64,000 nucleotides of DNA, from NCBI GenBank assembly GCA_910588165.1, contig CAJUOR010000001.1, positions 5,433 to 69,432 on the forward strand. The letters run 5' to 3'. Shown piece after piece: positions 29,408 through 36,579 of this stretch; within the stretch, counting starts at the first letter, position 1, and the number at the start of each line of letters is the position of its first letter. A model generated the notes under the pieces. The model was not told the origin of the DNA and searched no databases. It saw only the letters and a program-made list of their open reading frames with translations. Made by a program: the position numbers and the translations under genes. The stretch comes from an uncultured Thomasclavelia sp. (GTDB lineage Bacteria; Bacillota_I; Bacilli_A; Erysipelotrichales; Coprobacillaceae).

Positions 29408-29436
29408 TGAAAAGGTGCCAAAGCACCTTTTTTCAT
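29408..29436 (-). terminator. Hairpin after the 80-aa glycyl-radical domain gene
   Basis: AAAAGGTGC-caaa-GCACCTTTTTT palindrome. Confidence 0.6.
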
Positions 29437-29447
29437 CAAATCATTGC

Positions 29448-29690
29448 TTACATTGATTGGTGGAATGTACGTGCAATTACGTCATCTTGTTGTTCTTTTG
29501 TTAATTTAACAAAGTTAACTGCATAACCTGAAACACGAATAGTTAATTGAGGATATTTTTCAGGGTGTTTTTGAGCATCTAATAATGTATCTTTGTTTAA
29601 TACATTAACATTTAAGTGATGTCCGCCTTTTTCAGCATAGGCATCTAACATTTCTACTAAATTTTCAACTTGTTGTTTACTTGTTGACAT
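29448..29690 (-). CDS. Free-standing glycyl-radical domain protein (GrcA-like; equals the C-terminal domain of PFL)
   Basis: [59 protein letters not shown] carries the RVSGYAV glycyl-radical fingerprint. Own RBS AAGGAGAG upstream of the ATG. Confidence 0.85.
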   Translation of the reverse strand: MSTSKQQVENLVEMLDAYAEKGGHHLNVNVLNKDTLLDAQKHPEKYPQLTIRVSGYAVNFVKLTKEQQDDVIARTFHQSM

Positions 29691-29708
29691 AAATCTCTCT
29701 CCTTTTCG

Positions 29709-29915
29709 TTAATATAAGTCATCGTCGTCCATTGGCAAATTTGGAATCTTACAAGCGGTATCTCCGCTATCACAATCCATTTTTGATACAATGTTGACTT
29801 CATCTACTTGTAGCTTGCCGGGGGTATTGACCTTAACATTGATATGTCCTGCACCCTGTGCCATATTTTGATCCATCATTTTGATGAATGCTTCAATATC
29901 ATCTTTCTTTGTCAT
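29709..29915 (-). CDS. 68-aa protein, degenerate partial paralog of the start of the glycyl-radical domain, with a Cys-containing acidic tail
   Basis: DIEAFIKMMDQNMAQGAGHINVKVNTPGKL parallels [30 protein letters not shown] of the next ORF. No RVxG motif. Tail is MDCDSGDTACKIPNLPMDDDDLY. RBS is weak, so expression is uncertain. Confidence 0.5.
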   Translation of the reverse strand: MTKKDDIEAFIKMMDQNMAQGAGHINVKVNTPGKLQVDEVNIVSKMDCDSGDTACKIPNLPMDDDDLY

Positions 29916-29929
29916 CTTAAGACTTCTTT

Positions 29930-31996
29930 CTATTCATCAATTTTAATTGAATCGATATCTAAATCACCGGCAAATACTTGGTCATCTTTACCTAAAGCAT
30001 CCGGGATTACTGTAAATGTGTTTGAGATACCATCTTGTGCATCTTTGAATGGTAATTTAGCAACTGAAGCTAATGATGAAATAGCACCATGACTATCTCT
30101 ACCATGCATTGGGTTTGCACCAGGAGCAAATGGCTGTCCGCCTTTTCTACCATCAGGTGTATTACCTGTTGCTTTACCATAAACAACGTTAGAAGTGATA
30201 GTTAAGATTGAAGTTGTAGGTAAGCTTTCTCTGTAAGTGTGGTGAGAACGTACCATATCCATGAATGTTTCAACTAACCAAGCAGCAATTTCATCTGCTC
30301 TATCATCATCGTTACCGTATTTAGGGAAATCGCCTTCTACTTCGTAATCAACAACAACGCCATCTTCATCTCTGATACATTTTACTTTAGCGTATTTGAT
30401 TGCGGATAATGAGTCAGTTACAACTGATAAGCCGGCAATACCTGTAGCGAAATAACGTTTAACTTCTCTATCATGTAAAGCCATTTGAATTCTTTCGTAA
30501 GCATATTTATCATGCATATAATGAATGATGTTCAAAGCATTAACGTAAACGCCTGCTAACCAAGACATCATATCAACATATTTAGACTTAACATCTTCGA
30601 AATCTAAGTAGTCACCTTCTACCGGACGGTATTTAGGACCAACTTGTTTCTTAGTTTTTTCATCGATACCGCCGTTGATAGCGTATAATAAACATTTAGC
30701 TAAGTTAGCACGAGCTCCGAAGAATTGCATTTCTTTACCAACACGCATTGAAGATACACAACAAGCAATTGCATAGTCATCACCGTGTGTTACACGCATC
30801 AAATCATCGTTTTCATATTGAATTGATGAAGTTTCGATAGACATCTTTGCACAGTATGATTTGAATCCGATTGGTAAACGTGTAGACCATAAAACAGTCA
30901 TATTAGGTTCCGGTGCAGTTCCTAAGTTTGTCAATGTATGCAAATATCTGAATGAAGTTTTGGTAATCATGTGTCTACCATCAACACCGACACCACCGAT
31001 TGATTCAGTTACCCAAGTTGGATCGCCGGCAAAGATAGCATTGTAATCAGGTGTTCTCGCAAATTTAACGATTCTTAATTTCATGATGAAATGGTCGATA
31101 AATTCTTGAATTTGTTCTTCTGTGAAAACTCCGTTTTTCAAATCTCTTTCGACATAAATATCAATGAATGTTGACGTACGTCCTAAAGACATAGCCGCAC
31201 CATTTTGCTCTTTAACAGCTCCTAAGTAACCGAAGTATAACCATTGGATAGCTTCTTGAGCATTAGTTGCAGGTTTAGAAATATCGCAGCCGTATTTTGC
31301 AGCCATTTCTTTTAATTCACCTAAAGCTCTGATTTGTTCACTTAATTCTTCACGTAAACGAATGTTAGCTGAAGTCATTCTGGTTTGTGAAGTTGCAAAT
31401 TGATTCTTTTTATCTTCAATCAATTTATCAACACCGTATAAAGCGACACGACGGTAGTCACCGATAATACGACCACGTCCGTAACCATCTGGTAAACCGG
31501 TAATGATGTGGCTTGAACGACATGCTCTGATTTCCGGTGTATAAACATCAAATACACCTTGGTTATGAGTTTTTCTGTATTCTCTGAAAATATAAGAAAT
31601 TTCAGGATCTACTTTATATCCGTTTGTTTCGCAAGCTTGTTCCGCAATACGAATACCGCCAAAAGGTTGTAATGATCTTTTAAAAGGTTTGTCTGTTTGT
31701 AACCCAACAATTTTTTCTTTACTGCTATCTAAGTACCCAGCATCATGGCTTGTCAAAGTAGATACAATTTTTGTATCCATGTCTAAGACACCGCCGGCTT
31801 CTCTTTCCTGCTTGGTCAAATTCATGATTTGATCCCATAAGTCTTTAGTTGCCTGTGTTGGTCCGGCTAAGAAAGCATCGTCCCCATCATAAGGCGTATA
31901 GTTTAATTGGATAAAGTCTCTGAGGTCAACATCTTTGTTCCATTTACCCGGGCGGAAGCCTTCCCAGGCGTCATTCCATTTTTCTCTAAAAGTCAT
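29930..31996 (-). CDS. pflB: Pyruvate formate-lyase catalytic core (formate C-acetyltransferase) lacking the C-terminal glycyl-radical domain
   Basis: 688 aa with strong PFL collinearity, including the active-site ACCVS Cys-Cys. Ends ...[22 protein letters not shown], where canonical PflB continues into the radical domain. Confidence 0.9.
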   Translation of the reverse strand: MTFREKWNDAWEGFRPGKWNKDVDLRDFIQLNYTPYDGDDAFLAGPTQATKDLWDQIMNLTKQEREAGGVLDMDTKIVSTLTSHDAGYLDSSKEKIVGLQTDKPFKRSLQPFGGIRIAEQACETNGYKVDPEISYIFREYRKTHNQGVFDVYTPEIRACRSSHIITGLPDGYGRGRIIGDYRRVALYGVDKLIEDKKNQFATSQTRMTSANIRLREELSEQIRALGELKEMAAKYGCDISKPATNAQEAIQWLYFGYLGAVKEQNGAAMSLGRTSTFIDIYVERDLKNGVFTEEQIQEFIDHFIMKLRIVKFARTPDYNAIFAGDPTWVTESIGGVGVDGRHMITKTSFRYLHTLTNLGTAPEPNMTVLWSTRLPIGFKSYCAKMSIETSSIQYENDDLMRVTHGDDYAIACCVSSMRVGKEMQFFGARANLAKCLLYAINGGIDEKTKKQVGPKYRPVEGDYLDFEDVKSKYVDMMSWLAGVYVNALNIIHYMHDKYAYERIQMALHDREVKRYFATGIAGLSVVTDSLSAIKYAKVKCIRDEDGVVVDYEVEGDFPKYGNDDDRADEIAAWLVETFMDMVRSHHTYRESLPTTSILTITSNVVYGKATGNTPDGRKGGQPFAPGANPMHGRDSHGAISSLASVAKLPFKDAQDGISNTFTVIPDALGKDDQVFAGDLDIDSIKIDE

Positions 31997-32187
31997 TGCT
32001 TTTTCCCCCTGTAATATATTTTTATGCTTAGTATTGTACTTTTACTAGGCACACCTATTATAGCAAATTACTTTTAGACTTGCTAGGTTTTTGCACCTAT
32101 CTTTTATAAAAAATTCACACGGGCATACTGTCGTTTCAATGTTATGCGTTTACATTGATGTCATTTTAAATACTTCGCCATAAAAAA

Positions 32188-32203
32188 TATGAAATACGTC
32201 ACA
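32188..32203. promoter_or_regulatory. Rex-like (or Crp/Fnr-like) palindromic box upstream of pflB
   Basis: TATGAAATACGTCACA compared with the Rex consensus TGTGAA-N4-TTCACA has one mismatch per half-site. Lies about 190 nt upstream of the pflB ATG. Confidence 0.3.
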
Positions 32204-32258
32204 TCAAACATTATAATATTATATTCTTACATGTTGATTTAACGGTCTTTATGGTGGA

Positions 32259-32285
32259 CAAAAAAAGAAGGTTTACAACCTCCTT
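32259..32285 (-). terminator. Terminator of the EIIB-like membrane protein gene
   Basis: Minus strand AGGAGGTT-gta-AACCTTCT followed by TTTTTTT. Confidence 0.65.
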
Positions 32286-32317
32286 TGATTACTTATTAAA
32301 TGTCTATTTTGCTTGTC

Positions 32318-32659
32318 TTAACTTAATTCCTGACTGATTTCGCTTGCCAATGCCTCACTGGCTTTTCCGAAAATCACCGTCAATTTATCTTTAGAAACAA
32401 CAATCCCACTTGCACCTAAAACTTGCAGATTCTCACTACTTGCCTTTTGGACATTATCTAATATAAAAATAACCTTTGAACCATTGGCACTCACAGACTT
32501 AATGTTAGCTTTTCCTCCTAAAGCCTCACATAAGCGAACTAAATCAATCCCGCTTTTCACAACTTTTTTTCTTGACGTCTTGGCATGGGATAAATAATAC
32601 CAAATGCTTAAAGCTATAATCACAACTGCAACAATACCTATGACAATATAATTATTCAT
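32318..32659 (-). CDS. Membrane-anchored PTS EIIB(Glc)-like domain protein lacking the phospho-Cys
   Basis: N-terminal TM (IVIGIVAVVIIALSIWYYL), then LCEALGGKANIKSVSANGSKVIFIL, matching the EIIB-Glc pattern LGGxxNIxxxxxCxTRLR with C-TRLR replaced. Start set at MNNY after a GGAGG RBS. Confidence 0.6.
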   Translation of the reverse strand: MNNYIVIGIVAVVIIALSIWYYLSHAKTSRKKVVKSGIDLVRLCEALGGKANIKSVSANGSKVIFILDNVQKASSENLQVLGASGIVVSKDKLTVIFGKASEALASEISQELS

Positions 32660-32728
32660 GATTTTATCCTCCGAAATCTTTTCTTTTTTTAAACAAATAT
32701 AGTATACTATATTTTGAGGTGATTTCCT

Positions 32729-33154
32729 ATGAAAATTATCAAAGCCTATACACAAAAACACTTTTTTGAAGCTATGATGATTAGAGGCAGAGTCTTTGTC
32801 GATGAACAACATGTCCCTTCATCACTTGAAATAGATGAACTTGACCAAAGCTGCTTACATATTTTATTATACGATGACATGAATCTGCCTAAAGCTGTCT
32901 TACGTCTTATCGAATATGAAGATTATTTTAAAGTCGGACGCGTCGCTGTCTTAAAGGAAAACCGACAACAAGGCTATGGCAAAAAACTTATGTTAGGTAT
33001 CGAAAATTTAGATACGGTTAAGGCAAAAGGTATGCTTAAGCTCGATGCTCAAGTAAGTGCAATTGATTTTTATCGAGCCCTCGGTTATACAATTGAAGAA
33101 GAACCGTTTGAAGAGGCCGGCATCATGCACTGCCATGCCTATAAAAAGCTATGA
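32729..33154 (+). CDS. GNAT family N-acetyltransferase
   Basis: RQQGYGKKLM acetyl-CoA-binding motif, 141 aa. Stop overlaps the start of the FtsW/RodA gene. Confidence 0.7.
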   Translation: MKIIKAYTQKHFFEAMMIRGRVFVDEQHVPSSLEIDELDQSCLHILLYDDMNLPKAVLRLIEYEDYFKVGRVAVLKENRQQGYGKKLMLGIENLDTVKAKGMLKLDAQVSAIDFYRALGYTIEEEPFEEAGIMHCHAYKKL

Positions 33155-34311
33155 AAAAACACCCTTTAATTATCTTTTTACTCCTTTTTGCCTCCATCAG
33201 TATTTATGCCACAGCCGCAAGTGACCCTTTAATCAATGTCCGTCACTATCCGCTAGAATATTGTTTTAAACAAATTCAATGGTACATCTTAGCCTTTTTA
33301 GCTATCTACTGCATTGCTAAAATCAACAACCAAGATATCTTCAAATACGCTAAATGGCTTTTTGGGATATGTATAATTGCCGTTTATCTTTTAGCTTTGC
33401 AACATCAGATTACCCAATCGGGGAGCGATTTGAAGCTGATTCCATTTAGCCATAACGTCAATGGGGCAACCGCTTGGTTTGAGTTTCCCGGCATCGGTGC
33501 TATTCAACCTAGTGAATTTCTTAAAATGACTTATCTTCTGATGCTTGCCAATATCGTTTATCGCCATCACCAAAAATATTCTCATGCCCAATTAAAATCT
33601 GATTTGAAGCTCATCGGATCAATCCTATTGTTGACTATTCCGACTTGCCTTGGCATTTTGCTTCAAAATGATACGGGGGTCATGTTGATTGTTTTAGCCG
33701 GCACTATCGCTGTAATCTGTGTTAGCGGCATTCAAAAATATTGGTTTATCCTTGCTTTGATTATCTTAGGAATTAGCGGCTATTTTGCTTATCAATATAT
33801 CCTACCCTATCTGCAAAATGTAGACAGCACAGCACTATCCTATCGCTTTGGCAGAATTTTAGGGTGGCTCGATCCGGAAACTTATTATGAAAGCTACGGC
33901 TATCAATTATATAATGCCTCGCTAAGCATGGCTACAGCCGGTTTGTTTGGACATGGCTTTCAAAGTATTGTCATGGCTTTTCCGGAGCCCCAAACCGATT
34001 TTATCTTTGCGGTGCTTGTTTCAAATGCCGGTTTAATCGCAGGCGCTATGCTTATTCTAATGATTATCGCTTTTGATCTTTACCTACTTAAACTTGTCAG
34101 CCAAACAAAAGACCAAGAACATTATCTAGTCGTTGGTCTTGTCGGCATCTTATTTTTTCAACAGTTTTGGAATATCGCCATGATTCTTGGCTTGGTACCT
34201 ATCACCGGTATTACGCTACCTCTGATTTCTTATGGCGGTTCTTCCTTAATGAGTTATATGATGATGTTTGGTTTAGTCTACAACTTGGAAAAACGTTTCA
34301 TCAAAGCATGA
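33151..34311 (+). CDS. FtsW/RodA/SpoVE family peptidoglycan glycosyltransferase
   Basis: PSEFLK, PEPQTDFIFAVL and LPLISYGGSS SEDS-family motifs. Confidence 0.85.
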   Translation: MKKHPLIIFLLLFASISIYATAASDPLINVRHYPLEYCFKQIQWYILAFLAIYCIAKINNQDIFKYAKWLFGICIIAVYLLALQHQITQSGSDLKLIPFSHNVNGATAWFEFPGIGAIQPSEFLKMTYLLMLANIVYRHHQKYSHAQLKSDLKLIGSILLLTIPTCLGILLQNDTGVMLIVLAGTIAVICVSGIQKYWFILALIILGISGYFAYQYILPYLQNVDSTALSYRFGRILGWLDPETYYESYGYQLYNASLSMATAGLFGHGFQSIVMAFPEPQTDFIFAVLVSNAGLIAGAMLILMIIAFDLYLLKLVSQTKDQEHYLVVGLVGILFFQQFWNIAMILGLVPITGITLPLISYGGSSLMSYMMMFGLVYNLEKRFIKA

Positions 34312-35133
34312 AGGTAAATCTTGAAAGACCATCTCTTGCTTGGTGGAAGGGTGCTTGAAAGCTAAATAATAACTATATAAAGCCTGCCCTTTAAATAAGG
34401 GGTGGGCTTTTCCGTATAAAACATCACCCAATAAAGCATGACCCAAATGACTGAAATGGACACGAATCTGATGGGTTCTACCCGTTTCCAATTTAGCTTC
34501 AACTAAGCTTTGTTTACCGTCGGTCCAAATCATACGATAATGCGTAATCGCCTTTTTACCCTTTGGCATAACCAAACGCTTAATTGAATCAGCTTTTCGT
34601 CCAATCGGTGCATCAATGATACCGACTTCCTTTGGCATTGCTCCCTCTATCCACAAACGGTAGCGGCGTTCAAAGTTATTTTCTAATAGATGATGCATTC
34701 GCCTATTTTTCGCAACCAAAATAATCCCTGCTGTATCCTTATCTAAACGACTGACTAAATGAACCGTGCTTGAAATATGTTGCATTTCATAGTAAGCGAT
34801 AATGATATTCGCTAGTGTATGAAAAGGATAGCGCCGTGTCGGAATGCTTGGAATACCGGAAGGTTTACGTACAACCATCAAATCGTCATCTTCATATAAA
34901 ATATGCAAAGGAAAATACCAAGGTTGTAGTTTTGTTTCCGCTCTTTCATCAGGATAAAACAGCTCTAAAATATCTCCTGCCTCAAGTTGATAACGCACCG
35001 TCCGATTTTGTCCGTTGACTTGAATCCCACCTTCATATTTTAGGGACTTTAAAGCTCTTTGAGAAATATGTTGTTCTAAAAAGGTACGAACAAGCATGGG
35101 CTTTGTAATCTCAAAACACTGATAATCACTCAC
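34273..35133 (-). CDS. RluA family pseudouridine synthase (RluD/YjbO-like)
   Basis: SRLDKDTAGIILVAK catalytic Asp motif and GRTHQIRVH motif. Confidence 0.88.
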   Translation of the reverse strand: MSDYQCFEITKPMLVRTFLEQHISQRALKSLKYEGGIQVNGQNRTVRYQLEAGDILELFYPDERAETKLQPWYFPLHILYEDDDLMVVRKPSGIPSIPTRRYPFHTLANIIIAYYEMQHISSTVHLVSRLDKDTAGIILVAKNRRMHHLLENNFERRYRLWIEGAMPKEVGIIDAPIGRKADSIKRLVMPKGKKAITHYRMIWTDGKQSLVEAKLETGRTHQIRVHFSHLGHALLGDVLYGKAHPLFKGQALYSYYLAFKHPSTKQEMVFQDLPSCFDETFFQVVD

Positions 35134-35905
35134 TGATAAATGCCCTTCTTAAACGCTGACATAAGGTCACTTGATGAAAGTGGACAAAGGAAATAAACTG
35201 TTTTGCAACACTTATTTTAACGTAACTGTTATCTTGTCCAAAAGGAATCGTTTCTCTATCTACTCCTAAAATCATTCCCTGACTCATTTGAGGCTTTAAA
35301 GTAATGGTTACACTTTCATCTAAAACTAAACTAGACTGTAAAGAACGATAAGCATTATGATGGATACCGGCAATCTCCGATAATTGCAAACTGGGAATAG
35401 AAGCAGCAATGATACTGCCACCTAAAGAACGATTGTAGGCTGTCGAGCCGGAAGGGGTACTGACACATAAACCATTTCCTCTAAAGCATTCTAAAAATTC
35501 ATCATTCAAATAAACATCGCAGACCATTGTCCGATGATTTTCTTCTAAACGCATCTCATTGAGAGCATACATTGTTTGATCATCTATTTCAATTTTTAAT
35601 AAAGAACGGCGATCGATACGATAATTGCCTTGTTGAATATCAGTGACTAACTTTTGCCATTGATGATGATTATAATCGGCATAAAAGCCCAATGTCCCTG
35701 TATGAACACCGACAAAATAAATATGCTCAACTTGATCCATATACTGATGGCAAGCATCTAACATTGTCCCATCTCCGCCAATACTGATGACAAGCTCGGG
35801 ATTTTTTTCATCATAGCACATTGTTTTTTCTAAAGCTTCTTTAATTTCGAGATAGCGCCGATAAGAAAGCTCATCATTTTTTTTGACAATCGCAAATCGT
35901 TCCAT
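35126..35905 (-). CDS. nadK: NAD kinase
   Basis: IGGDGTMLD motif and STPSGSTAYNRSLGG motif. Confidence 0.9.
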   Translation of the reverse strand: MERFAIVKKNDELSYRRYLEIKEALEKTMCYDEKNPELVISIGGDGTMLDACHQYMDQVEHIYFVGVHTGTLGFYADYNHHQWQKLVTDIQQGNYRIDRRSLLKIEIDDQTMYALNEMRLEENHRTMVCDVYLNDEFLECFRGNGLCVSTPSGSTAYNRSLGGSIIAASIPSLQLSEIAGIHHNAYRSLQSSLVLDESVTITLKPQMSQGMILGVDRETIPFGQDNSYVKISVAKQFISFVHFHQVTLCQRLRRAFISE

Positions 35906-36006
35906 CTTATCTCCCCCTTATTTTTCATATTATAGGTGTTATTCATATTCTTTGTCAACACTTTACATATCGGGTATAATAAATATAGGAAAGAAGGAAT
36001 GAATCT

Positions 36007-36579
36007 ATGGAAACGAACTTAGAAATAGAATTTAAATGTTTAATTAACGCTCAACAATACAATCAAATTAAAAATGATTTATTTTCGAATAGCCAAGGCT
36101 TTACCCAAACAAATGAATATCTCATCGACAAAAAACAGTTGTTAAAAAAGCACCGCTGGTCGCTAAGGGTTAGACACATTCATAACCAACTCGAATTTAC
36201 CCTCAAAAAGCCCGAAGGCTTTTCTAAGCTGGAAATCAATGAACAGCTCACCCCTATGCAATATCAACAGCTTTGCCGTCAAGAAAAATTTGAAAGTGGT
36301 ATTTTACAAGAACTTAAGCAAATCGGTATTAGTATTGAGGATTTAACCATTGCGACAAGCCTCACAACAACACGATTAGAAAAAAGCTACAAACACGGTT
36401 TGCTTTGTTTAGATTTGAATACCTACCAAAACCTAACTGACTACGAAATCGAATATGAAGCTTTAAATGAAAAAGAAGGGCGTGAAATCTTTAAAGAACT
36501 TCTTGCCCCTTATCAAATTATCTATCAAGCAAATTGCCTTGGTAAAATGGCACGTGCCCTTAATGCGTCAACCATTTAA
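36007..36579 (+). CDS. CYTH domain protein (YjbK-like triphosphatase)
   Basis: EIEFK start motif (ExExK), 190 aa, position next to nadK as in Bacillus yjbK. Confidence 0.7.
   Translation: METNLEIEFKCLINAQQYNQIKNDLFSNSQGFTQTNEYLIDKKQLLKKHRWSLRVRHIHNQLEFTLKKPEGFSKLEINEQLTPMQYQQLCRQEKFESGILQELKQIGISIEDLTIATSLTTTRLEKSYKHGLLCLDLNTYQNLTDYEIEYEALNEKEGREIFKELLAPYQIIYQANCLGKMARALNASTI

Noticed and set aside
29691-29708. Stop-codon readthrough fusing the 68-aa and 80-aa ORFs, which are in the same frame
   Set aside because: The spacer contains a strong RBS for independent initiation. TAA is a poor readthrough codon in bacteria. Treated as coincidence but noted under the finding.
32660-32812. Long 164-aa version of the EIIB-like ORF extending over the divergent GNAT start
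   Set aside because: The extension overlaps the divergent GNAT gene start and its promoter region. The internal ATG has a GGAGG RBS and begins exactly at the TM anchor.
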